DNA of 46,104 bases from Candidatus Vogelbacteria bacterium (lineage in GTDB: Bacteria > Patescibacteriota > Minisyncoccia > Phycocordibacterales > XYD1-FULL-46-19). The stretch lies in assembly GCA_023267075.1 (NCBI GenBank), contig JAHFNY010000003.1, positions 1 through 46,104 of the forward strand, written 5' to 3'. The notes below the pieces were generated by a model. That model saw only the letters and a program-made list of their open reading frames with translations, was not told the DNA's origin and ran no database searches. The translations under genes and the position numbers were made by a program. Shown here one piece after another: positions 1 through 9,174 of the stretch (the first letter of the stretch is position 1; every line of letters begins with the position of its first letter).

Positions 1-44
1 TCCTGATTTACCTCCTTCTTTTTACCAAAGTTAAATAAAGCCAT
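1..44 (-). CDS. 5' end of a gene running off the window (MALFNFGKKKEVNQ...), by position probably the VirB4-like ATPase of the secretion cluster
   Basis: ATG at 44, just after the stop of 49..681, open to the window edge; identity inferred from gene order only. Confidence 0.4.
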   Translation of the reverse strand, partial: MALFNFGKKKEVNQ

Positions 45-48
45 AAAA

Positions 49-681
49 TTATTTGATTGTGGGGACATCAGTCTCCCCCGGATTAAAGAGTTTAAAGTAG
101 AGCTCAACCAATTCCTCTGTCCCTAAAGGCGCGATGCGAATGCCAATGCGCGAGAGCCCTTGCTCCACCACTGAGACCCGTTGCTCCAATTGTGAGCGAT
201 ACTCCTCAAAGTTGTCGCCCTCGGTCGTCCCCTTCTTTTTCCCACTACTGGGTAAAATCCGACTTAATAAACCACTATTAACCGTAAAAATTGGTGGATC
301 ATACGGCACGACAATGAAAAAGGCCTTAGCCATAATATTGGTAGAGTCGGTGAAAGTTTTAATAAAATCAATATACTCTTTAGTCTGAATTTTAAGCAGG
401 TCGTTAGTCTGCTCTTTAACTCGCTCCTCTAAAATGCCAATATACGGCTTAATGTCTAACTTCCGTGATTGCATGAAAATCTGGAGACTAAAATCAAGCG
501 AGTTTAAGAAGCTTTGATATTGAGAGAGAATCGCCATTTGCTCGTCGGCTGACTTAAGGGAGAAGTTGAGGGAGGAAGCAATCATCACCATCCGCAAGCC
601 GCCATTCTTTAAAATAACTGTGCCGTCCCGAATCTCTTTAATCGGGAGGAAGTCTTGAGTAGTTTTAGCGTAGGTAGCCAT
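49..681 (-). CDS. Conjugation/T4SS-like accessory protein (TraC/VirB4-associated type)
   Basis: NFSLKSADEQ...YQSFLNSLDFSLQI motif; directly downstream of a PrgI-like gene. Confidence 0.65.
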   Translation of the reverse strand: MATYAKTTQDFLPIKEIRDGTVILKNGGLRMVMIASSLNFSLKSADEQMAILSQYQSFLNSLDFSLQIFMQSRKLDIKPYIGILEERVKEQTNDLLKIQTKEYIDFIKTFTDSTNIMAKAFFIVVPYDPPIFTVNSGLLSRILPSSGKKKGTTEGDNFEEYRSQLEQRVSVVEQGLSRIGIRIAPLGTEELVELYFKLFNPGETDVPTIK

Positions 682-684
682 AGA

Positions 685-1089
685 TTATTTGGTGACATCT
701 TTAACGTCTAAGCTCCAGGAGAGGTCCTTTAATTTAGATTGAGATAGTTTGGGGACAATAATGCTGGCCTCGCGGGCCACTTGGGTGACGGGAGTATTCT
801 CGGGCTTTTTCTCTTCTTTCTGCCAGATGTAGAGCTTGGGAGCAATTTGATAACGGAAAGCCGTTTCTAAAAAGAGGACGAGGGGCCGATTATTGTATTG
901 ATAGAATGCCAGGGCTAGAGCAAGTCCCACCACAGCGAGAATGGGCACAATGGCGAGATAAAATGGCAAATAAGCGTATAAGATAAAGCCGAGCGCTCCC
1001 CCGCCGGCCAGATAAATAAATTGCCGGAAAGTTAAGGGGCCAAAGATTTTATCTTCTACCTCAATAAACTGAGGCACTTGGAAATTCAT
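685..1089 (-). CDS. PrgI family membrane protein
   Basis: FQVPQFIEVEDKIFGPLTFRQF N-terminus plus two TM helices. Confidence 0.8.
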   Translation of the reverse strand: MNFQVPQFIEVEDKIFGPLTFRQFIYLAGGGALGFILYAYLPFYLAIVPILAVVGLALALAFYQYNNRPLVLFLETAFRYQIAPKLYIWQKEEKKPENTPVTQVAREASIIVPKLSQSKLKDLSWSLDVKDVTK

Positions 1090-1117
1090 TACCCTATATT
1101 ATACCCCATTCTGTCGT

Positions 1118-1624
1118 TTATTCGATAGGTTCTTTATACGGATCGAAGTCTTTTTTAGGACGACTGGCTAGATCGGCCGGGGTTAGAACCGTTTTTTCCT
1201 TATTGGTGAGTGTTGGTTCAGTGGTTTTAGCCATGAAAGAGCTGATTGGTGATTCAGCTTTAACTTCTGGCGTTTCAGTAGTCCCCGGTTCAAGATGGTG
1301 GATTTTCTTCAATGAGTCCCGAATGGGGGTAAAGATTTGCTCATTCACCTCGGTGGCTACACTCCGGGCAAGCTCCGGGGTGAGCGCGAGCTCTTTAGCG
1401 AGCGCCGCGACGAAGTCTCGCGGCGCGAGAATCCCGAGCATCACCAATCCCACCTGCGTCCCCAACTCCCCCGTCTGATCAATATGGAGCTTATACTTTT
1501 TAGCAATCGCTTGGATTTTATTAGCCGAGTCTACAGAAGAAATAGCTTCCTTCACATTGTCGGGTAGGCTGGCGTATTTTACTTCTATGTCATTGTTTTG
1601 GTCTAAATTAGTCATAGTTACCAA
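1118..1624 (-). CDS. Hypothetical protein (start possibly 1615)
   Basis: 168-aa ORF in the operon, overlaps the stop of the upstream gene. Confidence 0.7.
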   Translation of the reverse strand: MVTMTNLDQNNDIEVKYASLPDNVKEAISSVDSANKIQAIAKKYKLHIDQTGELGTQVGLVMLGILAPRDFVAALAKELALTPELARSVATEVNEQIFTPIRDSLKKIHHLEPGTTETPEVKAESPISSFMAKTTEPTLTNKEKTVLTPADLASRPKKDFDPYKEPIE

Positions 1625-4272
1625 GATTGAACATGATTATAAACCTGTTGGCTAACAGAAGTATAATTATTATTAATTACCCCTTTTAATAACTGTTTTT
1701 GTCCAGCATTTAAGTTCCCACTAACTCTCTGTAATTGCGCTAGATCAAGATGAGCTAGGTTGTTGATAATCTGTTGGTTATTTAGATCTAAAAGATTGTT
1801 GCTAAACATTTGGTTAATTTCATTATCACTCATCTGACTAATCTCATTTCTAAATTGATCAGTTGATAAGCGACCAGACGTTAAGTTGCTTACTTTAGAA
1901 GCTAAGGCTGGCGTTACTGGGGGAGTATTGGTTCTTGCATTGGCATTTTGACGGAAGAATATTCCTCCAGGTGATGATCCTAAATAACTTTTAGCTGAAT
2001 TTGTACCCATAGTCTGTATTTTTTGACCAATAATTTGTCTATCTCCTCGGCTAAGCGTATTTTCTCTTTGAATTGCTGCCAAGTCATCACCACCAAGATG
2101 ACTAATCACTCGATCATTAGTTAGGGTTTCTTTCTTTAGTCCAGCAACTTCTTTGCTAGTTAATTTATGAAGTTCTGCTTCTAAATCTCCTTGACCACCA
2201 GCAAGAATTTTATCAATGTTTTCTGATACAGCTTTTATCTCAGCTATTCTTAGTTGTTCTTTTCTTAATTTCTCGAAGGTATCTTGTTTTTCCCCTTTCA
2301 GACCTTTAGTAAGATTATCTACTACCCCCTTATGTCTATTATCTATAGGCAGTTTAGAATGAAGATCAAATTTTTCTCGATCAGATAATTCACTAAAGGC
2401 TTTTTTCCTATCGGTTTCATTTAAGTTAGCTAAGTAACGAGCCTTGTCTTCTGGGGCTTTAAGGTTTCCAAGTAATTCTTTTTGCCTGTCTTGGCGTTTT
2501 TTCAGTCCTTCATCATAATTTGATTTAGCAATGCCAAATTTGGCTTGACCTCCATAACCAACTATCTGTCTTAAAGTACCACCAATTCTAGGTGACCGGC
2601 TTTCAATGTTTTTCATTAAGCTTGAATTGGCGATAGATCTTGAAGCTAAGCCAACAGTCCGAGTTAAAGCAAAACCAGCTCCTCCACCAACAACTGTGCC
2701 TAGGGCAAATGATTTTAATTTACTCCCTGCTTTGTGGGCTACTCCACTTCCAGCAGCCCCAATATTTTTAGCGGCAATAAATGAACCCAGCATCATGCCG
2801 TTAACAATAATGAAATAGACTAGAGTGACAACTCCAGCATGGCCCCCTGAGCTGGCAGCTATTTGGTCCCTTAAACTACCACCTGGTTCAAGTATGAAAG
2901 TTATAGTTATTAACATGAATAACATCATTACGGGAGCAAATAATGATTGGCTAATCAATTCTTTTAACCATCTTTGGGTATATTGACCTAAACCGGGGAC
3001 TGCTATACCTAAAAAGTAAACTGGCGAGGTTATAATTAGAATTATAAAAATTAGAGCCCTAGAAATTAATAACCAAGCCCCGGCTAACATTACGAAGGCA
3101 GTTATAAGAAATAGAATCATTTTTCCAAAAGCAGAAATAATTACCGTACCCATTCCAGAAGCAAAGTCACCCAAAGGATCAGCTTGAGCCAAAGTTACTC
3201 CAACATTCTCTAATTTCAAGGATTTAATAATTGCGGTAGTAAAATCACCCCCGCCAATAGTATTTATTTCATTATAAATTGGAATAGTGAAGATATTTGA
3301 TATATCTATTACTACTTTAGGTAAAATAGCACTAAAATTAACTAACAAAGCTACAATTATAATTTTAACTAATGCGGCTTTGGTATCTATCTTTATAACT
3401 GAATTTAAAACTGTACCAATGGCAATGTAAAGGAGAACAAAAATAAAAAATAAGTTACAGATATCCCTTACTATCCCCCAAGCGGCTCCAACCGCTTTCA
3501 TGCTCGCGAAGTAATAAAAATCAGTTATAGAAACTTTGGCTGCGACGTTAAAAATTGAATTAGCGAAGTAGGCAAGATAAGAAGATATCGAAGCCATTAA
3601 GTTACCAATCATCGCTATTAACTCTAAAGTACAACCAAACACACTAAAATTGGTTAAAGTACAAGACTGGGAACGTATGCGTTCAGCTTGGTCACTAGCA
3701 GCAAGACGAGTAGCTGTTTGTTCAGCGTGAGTATTTAATTCAGCCTGATTTTTCCTTTGGAGTTGATTTAATTCTTCTTGAGTGGCCCCGTTTTTTTGGG
3801 CTTGGAGTTCTTGAATTTTAAGATCAGCCGCATATAATTGTTGCCGGTATTTCTCTAAATCACTTTGGAGACTCGCGGTTTCTTGGCTCCATTTTTTTTG
3901 GGTTTGGCCAAAGAAATAATCATAGCCTATTTTACCTCCAATAGCTTGCGGACCGCCCACAGAAAGCCATGGTGAATTAAATACCGATTTAATTGAATCC
4001 CACCCACCACTAATAGTATTAGTAAAAGTTCCCCAGTAACCACTATTAGCTTCTATTTTAGCTGAAGTATCATCAATCGATTTATTTATTTGGTCTATTT
4101 GTTGTTGAAGAGTCTGGATTTGAGCATCTAGATTAGCGCTTGTGGTTGGGTCAACTGACTGGTTAGCCGCATAAGATAGAGAAGGTAGAACCAAAGACAA
4201 AATAAAACTGGCAAAAATTATATTTGTCGTTATTTTTTTGATCCACCCAGTTTTTTTGCCAAGAGAGAACAT
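1618..4272 (-). CDS. VirB6/TrbL-like polytopic membrane protein with N-terminal coiled coil
   Basis: Signal peptide, coiled coil, WGIVRDICNLFFIF and IIIVALLVNFS TM core, long soluble C-terminus. Confidence 0.65.
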   Translation of the reverse strand: MFSLGKKTGWIKKITTNIIFASFILSLVLPSLSYAANQSVDPTTSANLDAQIQTLQQQIDQINKSIDDTSAKIEANSGYWGTFTNTISGGWDSIKSVFNSPWLSVGGPQAIGGKIGYDYFFGQTQKKWSQETASLQSDLEKYRQQLYAADLKIQELQAQKNGATQEELNQLQRKNQAELNTHAEQTATRLAASDQAERIRSQSCTLTNFSVFGCTLELIAMIGNLMASISSYLAYFANSIFNVAAKVSITDFYYFASMKAVGAAWGIVRDICNLFFIFVLLYIAIGTVLNSVIKIDTKAALVKIIIVALLVNFSAILPKVVIDISNIFTIPIYNEINTIGGGDFTTAIIKSLKLENVGVTLAQADPLGDFASGMGTVIISAFGKMILFLITAFVMLAGAWLLISRALIFIILIITSPVYFLGIAVPGLGQYTQRWLKELISQSLFAPVMMLFMLITITFILEPGGSLRDQIAASSGGHAGVVTLVYFIIVNGMMLGSFIAAKNIGAAGSGVAHKAGSKLKSFALGTVVGGGAGFALTRTVGLASRSIANSSLMKNIESRSPRIGGTLRQIVGYGGQAKFGIAKSNYDEGLKKRQDRQKELLGNLKAPEDKARYLANLNETDRKKAFSELSDREKFDLHSKLPIDNRHKGVVDNLTKGLKGEKQDTFEKLRKEQLRIAEIKAVSENIDKILAGGQGDLEAELHKLTSKEVAGLKKETLTNDRVISHLGGDDLAAIQRENTLSRGDRQIIGQKIQTMGTNSAKSYLGSSPGGIFFRQNANARTNTPPVTPALASKVSNLTSGRLSTDQFRNEISQMSDNEINQMFSNNLLDLNNQQIINNLAHLDLAQLQRVSGNLNAGQKQLLKGVINNNYTSVSQQVYNHVQSW

Positions 4273-4273
4273 T

Positions 4274-6250
4274 TTATTGTTGAGGGGTTAAGTCACTGGT
4301 ACTGTGAGAACCGGAGAGCCAATCATAAACTGATTTAACAGCAGAATTAACTGAATTCATAATGGTGGAGCCGGAGAAAATATTTACAGAATCTGCACAC
4401 CCGGTGCCGTCGGAGGTTTTCTTCAAGCAATCTTTTTTAGGTAAAAATCCACCACCAGCAAGAGCTTCTTCTCTAGCATTTTGTTCAGCGGCGTCTTGTC
4501 TTAAGGCTAGTTCGTCCTTGCTGAACATGTAACTAGCATAAGGGTTGAGTGGACCTAGACCAGTTTTTTTAAGTAATCCCTGCCAGTATGATTCATTGTT
4601 ATTTTGTTGATTGGTGTTGTTGGTAGTGTTTTGTCCTGGGCCAACAACTGCTGATAGTAAGTAAGATGATATTCTTGTAGCAATATTGGGATTACTTTGA
4701 CCGGCCGTGTTGTTTGTATTTTGATCATCTTGATTGTCTGCTAAAGCTGCCGCTTCATCATCAGACAAGGTTGAGTTCATAATACCCTGTAATGATCCAG
4801 ATTGGTTGATTGTTAAAGCGGTTTTTACTTCAGAATCTGGCAATTCGTCATTAAACTTTTTAGCTTCATTTTGCCGGGCTTTATTAACGGTATCACCTAA
4901 GTTGGCTACTATTAATGGGTCGTTTTTACTGGGGTCAGAATTAGAATCATCAATTCCATAAGCATAGGCAAAAGTAGAATCATTTAGATTTTGCAATTTC
5001 TCACTAGAAATATCTCGTGCAATCCGGTCGGCAATTAAGGTTTGGAATTCCATGCGGCCCATGATGCCTTGGAGGTCGGCCATGCGGACGCAGTTGTCTA
5101 CCATTATTTTCTTCATTTCCTCAGAATTAAAGGCCGCCTGGTCGGTGAAGGTTCTAATCTGTCGTAAAGACACATCAGCATCGTAAGTATATTGAATTAT
5201 TGGTCCTGTTGGGAGAACATCATTTGGGCTACCGCCAGGATTGGGTGGATTATTGATGTTAAATAATTTATCTTCATACCCCCATTGATTATTTGGGTCA
5301 GTTGGGTACAAGGAACTATCAGCAAAGGGGTTAACATTACCGGTATTCATATTGGGATTATCTTTATTTGGAGTGATATTCATCTGCGGTACCAAATTCT
5401 CATCATAAACGATTCGATTAAAGATGTCGTAAGCCCCGGTGCTATTGTGGTTTAAATCAGCGTCATTGTAAGCGGCGTAGAACATGTATGGTAAGCAGTC
5501 GTTCATGTTGGCGGTTGAACAACCTGCCGTAGACACCATTTCTTTTGGATCATTATTCATTAATCCGTCGTTATCATTGTCGTCATCTAAAGATAGTCCG
5601 AGTTGGAACATTAATTGGCTGATGGACATAAAGCCATCCGGATATTGATTGGGAAAATTATCTTTGACGTATTTAACTAATGGATTGTAAGCGTTGGGGA
5701 CGCCAAAACCGTACCAGTCGTCGTAATTGCCTTTTAAGACAATGCCATCATTTGGATCGGAATCAACTCCTTTTGGGTTTGATTGAACCACGCTAGTACC
5801 TCCACCCTGAAACAAGCCATTAATTTTGCCGTCACCGTCGTAATCATTCCAAGCACCATTGCGAGACTGGAAGAAGTTGGGTTGTAGAAGTTTGCTCCAG
5901 ACGCCAGGTGGGGTATCTCCTCGGCCTTGTTTGATATAAGCATAAAGAAAATCGTTAACATCGGAAGAGCAAGAGATACGGTCATTTTCCCACTGTTGGG
6001 TTTTTACTTGCACATAGCCGGATAAAGCATCACCATATTGTTGGAATAGATCGTTAACGGTGGTGTTGGGTAAGTTAGAATCTAAGATATTTCGGACGGG
6101 TGAGTAAATAGCTTTATCTTGTTGGGGTAAGTAAGGATTTTTTAATTCTTGCTGGGAAGTTGGATTGGTTGATTGAGCTAGCACTAAAGTTGGTCCTAGC
6201 AATAAAGCCATAAAGATTTTCCGACCGTGATTTTTTAAAAATTCTTTCAT
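4274..6250 (-). CDS. Secreted Asn/Asp-rich protein
   Basis: Signal peptide; DYDGDGKIN and DDDNDNDGL acidic motifs; C-terminal GGGFLPKKDC...C. Confidence 0.7.
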   Translation of the reverse strand: MKEFLKNHGRKIFMALLLGPTLVLAQSTNPTSQQELKNPYLPQQDKAIYSPVRNILDSNLPNTTVNDLFQQYGDALSGYVQVKTQQWENDRISCSSDVNDFLYAYIKQGRGDTPPGVWSKLLQPNFFQSRNGAWNDYDGDGKINGLFQGGGTSVVQSNPKGVDSDPNDGIVLKGNYDDWYGFGVPNAYNPLVKYVKDNFPNQYPDGFMSISQLMFQLGLSLDDDNDNDGLMNNDPKEMVSTAGCSTANMNDCLPYMFYAAYNDADLNHNSTGAYDIFNRIVYDENLVPQMNITPNKDNPNMNTGNVNPFADSSLYPTDPNNQWGYEDKLFNINNPPNPGGSPNDVLPTGPIIQYTYDADVSLRQIRTFTDQAAFNSEEMKKIMVDNCVRMADLQGIMGRMEFQTLIADRIARDISSEKLQNLNDSTFAYAYGIDDSNSDPSKNDPLIVANLGDTVNKARQNEAKKFNDELPDSEVKTALTINQSGSLQGIMNSTLSDDEAAALADNQDDQNTNNTAGQSNPNIATRISSYLLSAVVGPGQNTTNNTNQQNNNESYWQGLLKKTGLGPLNPYASYMFSKDELALRQDAAEQNAREEALAGGGFLPKKDCLKKTSDGTGCADSVNIFSGSTIMNSVNSAVKSVYDWLSGSHSTSDLTPQQ

Positions 6251-6975
6251 TTTATATTGACGAAGATATTAATTCTATCTTTTTGGTCCAGGGTCACGCC
6301 CCACTTGGTGAAGTAATTGTTGAGGGTGCCGAGTTGGGAGTAAAAGTTGACGAGGGCCAGTTGATAGACTTGGCCGCTCTGGAGGGCAAGGAGGGGTTGG
6401 GTGCTCACCTGCTCCATATTCTTGGCGAGCGAGATAAGGACAGTCAGGTCATTGACCAGAGTTAAGTGGAGATCGGCGGCGTCAGCCGGCACTTTCACCG
6501 CGAGGAGATTCTTCTGCACGGTCTGGTGAAGGATCCGCGCCGCCTTGAGCTTGGCCACGAGGGTGGCATCTTGAGTGTCATAGGCTTGGCCGAGGACGGT
6601 GAGCTCATTCTCTCGCGGCGCGGCATACGGGGCGAGAGCGGTGGCGAGGGCGGGGCCATAAGCCACCACAGTGGAAGTGGCGGCGGAGACAATCTTCAGT
6701 GCCGAGCGCTTAATCGGTGTGGTCGAGCCGAGGGAAAAGCTAAACTCAGCCGGCTTGGTGCCACTCGCATAATTGGGGGCTAGGTTATTCTCAATTACCG
6801 CCTCACGGGCTGGCCAATTATTAACCAAGGTTGGTGGTAAATTGGCCGTACTACTGGCGGTATCAATAGTAATTGCCGGCACGGCTTCAGTAGTTGGTCT
6901 ACCCAACCACCAAAGCCACCCCACCACCACGAGAAAAAGGATGGCAAAAATGTAAATTACTTTTTTGCTTGGCAC
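6247..6975 (-). CDS. Membrane-anchored hypothetical protein
   Basis: N-terminal TM helix; TATAAT 6 nt before GTG. Confidence 0.7.
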   Translation of the reverse strand: MPSKKVIYIFAILFLVVVGWLWWLGRPTTEAVPAITIDTASSTANLPPTLVNNWPAREAVIENNLAPNYASGTKPAEFSFSLGSTTPIKRSALKIVSAATSTVVAYGPALATALAPYAAPRENELTVLGQAYDTQDATLVAKLKAARILHQTVQKNLLAVKVPADAADLHLTLVNDLTVLISLAKNMEQVSTQPLLALQSGQVYQLALVNFYSQLGTLNNYFTKWGVTLDQKDRINIFVNIK

Positions 6976-7021
6976 TCTTTAATTATAAACGATTATTGGG
7001 ATAAATTGGGGATAAAAACGG

Positions 7022-7534
7022 CTAGTTAGTGGATAAGAGGGCTTGGTGCCACTCTCCGGCCTTGATCTCCAGCACATATTTAGCCGCCTGGCTGGGGTAA
7101 AAGGTCCGTGGATAGGTGCTTGGACTCAAATTTTCTAACACATAAACCGGTTTAAAATTGGCATCAAACCAGATAATATCTAGGGGGAAGCGCATTTCCT
7201 TCATCCAGAAGCCCCACCGCCCGGGTTGAGAGAAGATAAAGAGCATGCCGGTGCTGGTGGCGAGTGCTGCCCGCCCCGACAGGCCTTGGGCTTGCTTCTC
7301 GGAGGTGTCAGCCAGTTCTAAATTAAATAAATTATTGTTGATAATTAGCTTGTCGGGGGCAATGCGGGCAATGACTGGCGTAGAACTGGCGCTTAAGTTG
7401 TTGTTGATTGAAGAAGTGTTGGGCAAAACCGCTTTGTACAAAGTAATCGCAAAAATGACGATTAAAAATAAAGCCGCAACCTTAAAAGTATTTTTAAGAT
7501 TATTTTTTAAATTATTTTGCATAAGGTAAGCCAA
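7022..7534 (-). CDS. DUF192 family protein (start possibly 7522)
   Basis: ELADT..QAQGLSGR, GMLFIF, FWMKEMRFPLDIIW, KYVLE. Confidence 0.85.
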   Translation of the reverse strand: MAYLMQNNLKNNLKNTFKVAALFLIVIFAITLYKAVLPNTSSINNNLSASSTPVIARIAPDKLIINNNLFNLELADTSEKQAQGLSGRAALATSTGMLFIFSQPGRWGFWMKEMRFPLDIIWFDANFKPVYVLENLSPSTYPRTFYPSQAAKYVLEIKAGEWHQALLSTN

Positions 7535-8283
7535 TCGCTTAATTGTAAATCTTCCGCTCGTTTATCGCCATATTGGGCTAAAAGTTTGTCGTTCAAATTT
7601 AAATTATTTTTTAACTTCTTTCTTTTACTGCTGAAGCCTTGTTTTAAGCAAGAGAAAAATTCTTGTTCACTAATTTTATTTTCTAGAAAAAGCTTTTTAG
7701 AAATATTTTCTATTACCAAGATTGCTGAGTCAACGTTAGGCGCGGGTTGAAAGTTGCCCCGAGGTACTGTTTTAAGGTATTTAGGCGCACCATAGACTTT
7801 TACACTTAAAGATAAAACACTTTCTTTTTTATCGCGAGCTTGCCTGCCGATAGGCACGGCGACAATTCTCTCTGCTACTTCTTTCTGCAGCATTACTACC
7901 ATTAAACTGGGTTGATTGGGGGTGGTGAGAAACTTTTTTAAAAATTCACCAGTAATGTAGTAAGGTAAATTGGCGACAATCTTATAGGCTTCATTAATAA
8001 TAATGGGATCAAAGTCTAAAATATCGTGATGGATTATTTCTAACTTCCCACTTCTAATTTCTAATTCAAATTTTTCTTGCAATTCTTCAATTAATCGGTC
8101 ATCTTTCTCAATTGCCACCACGCGGGCGCCAGTCTTTAGTAATTCGGCGGTTAAAATCCCTTGGCCCGGACCCACTTCCACCACTCGTTCTCCCACACTA
8201 ATTTTAGCCGCTGCCACAATCTCCTTCACGATTTTCTCGTTCTTAAGCCAATTCTGCCCGAGAGATTTCTTTGCCTTTACCAT
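7507..8283 (-). CDS. rsmA: 16S rRNA adenine dimethyltransferase
   Basis: KKSLGQNWL, VVEVGPGQG, VANLPYYIT, QKEVAERI, PAPNVDSA. Confidence 0.95.
   Translation of the reverse strand: MVKAKKSLGQNWLKNEKIVKEIVAAAKISVGERVVEVGPGQGILTAELLKTGARVVAIEKDDRLIEELQEKFELEIRSGKLEIIHHDILDFDPIIINEAYKIVANLPYYITGEFLKKFLTTPNQPSLMVVMLQKEVAERIVAVPIGRQARDKKESVLSLSVKVYGAPKYLKTVPRGNFQPAPNVDSAILVIENISKKLFLENKISEQEFFSCLKQGFSSKRKKLKNNLNLNDKLLAQYGDKRAEDLQLSDWLTLCKII
7839..7859. repeat. 21-bp palindromic element inserted in-frame in rsmA
   Basis: TGCCT-GCCGAT-AGGCA inverted repeat encoding AVPIGRQ within QKEVAERIV...ARDKKES. Confidence 0.65.
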
Positions 8284-8338
8284 TGCCCAACTATACGTGG
8301 ATTAGCCGATTTTTGCCAACTTTGCTAGCATTTAAACT

Positions 8339-8854
8339 ATGCCCGAAAATTACTTAAATCCTAAGGTTTATATTAAAGAAACGGCCAATAAGGGCCGAGG
8401 CCTTTTCGCTAAAGAAAAGATAAATAAAGGCGAAACTATTGAAAATACAACCGACATTCAAATTTTACCAAAAAGCGAATTGGCTAAAATGCCAAAAATT
8501 TGGCGGTCCTTATGTTATGAAATAAATGATCACGAAGAAATTTGCCCTAAAGATATCAATAATCCACCGGCCGGTTTTCTTATTAATCACTCATGTGAGC
8601 CAAACGTCGGTTCAAGTCTTAATTTTTTTGAAACTGTAGCAATGAGAGATATTGAACCAGGTGAAGAATTAATGTATGACTATGCGATGACTGATTCCGG
8701 AAATTATGAAATGAAATGTGAGTGTGGAACAAAAAGTTGCCGGCACTTTATCCGTGGTTCAGATTGGCAACGATCTGAATTGCAGGAAAAATATAAGGGC
8801 TATTTTCAAAAAAATATTCAAGATAAGATTGATAAAAAAAATTTAGAAAAATAA
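8339..8854 (+). CDS. SET domain protein with post-SET Cys cluster
   Basis: KGRGLFA, INHSCEPN, GEELMYDY, CECGTKSCR. Confidence 0.9.
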   Translation: MPENYLNPKVYIKETANKGRGLFAKEKINKGETIENTTDIQILPKSELAKMPKIWRSLCYEINDHEEICPKDINNPPAGFLINHSCEPNVGSSLNFFETVAMRDIEPGEELMYDYAMTDSGNYEMKCECGTKSCRHFIRGSDWQRSELQEKYKGYFQKNIQDKIDKKNLEK

Positions 8855-8864
8855 TCCAAAAAGA

Positions 8865-8886
8865 AAAGGCGTCAGGTGACGCCTTT
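8865..8886. terminator. Bidirectional intrinsic terminator
   Basis: AAAGGCGTCA-GG-TGACGCCTTT hairpin flanked by A/T runs. Confidence 0.8.
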
Positions 8887-8888
8887 AA

Positions 8889-9055
8889 TGCAGTGCCCTA
8901 CCGCTCCCTAGCTCGGGGAACAGGTGCTTCGACCCAAACGTTGTCATGACAAACGCGGCTTAGCAATCCTTCTGGGTCTGGATACCCTCTCGTCCGTCAC
9001 CGCTTTAGGGCCAGTTGGTCTGGATTTAACCAGTCGGGCTTTCAGGCGTCTGCTG
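8889..9055 (-). ncRNA. Stand-alone structured ncRNA candidate (6S-like size)
   Basis: Own promoter and terminator, no ORF; 5' and 3' ends pair; internal GACCCAGA/UUUGGGUC stem. Confidence 0.6.
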
Positions 9056-9061
9056 TTTAAA

Positions 9062-9090
9062 ATTCTATGCTCTTCATTTATTGTAGTCAA
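9062..9090 (-). promoter_or_regulatory. sigma70 promoter TTGACT-N17-TAGAAT
   Basis: Read directly on the minus strand. Confidence 0.7.
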
Positions 9091-9128
9091 GTTTTAGAAA
9101 AAGATGTCGGGTAAGTAGGATTTGCCAC

Positions 9129-9160
9129 CCCGCCGTCGCTAAAGCTTTGGCGGGCAGGCA
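9129..9160 (-). repeat. REP-like palindrome CCCGCC-AAAGCTTTAGCGAC-GGCGGG
   Basis: Same family as copies at 31999, 33317 and 38331. Confidence 0.7.
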
Positions 9161-9174
9161 TTAGGGAGGTGTTG

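Noticed and set aside
8889..9055. Pistol ribozyme or SAM-I resemblance (GUUAAAU, CUGGCCCUAA)
   Set aside because: The required pseudoknot partner and P1 context are missing, and there is no downstream gene for a riboswitch
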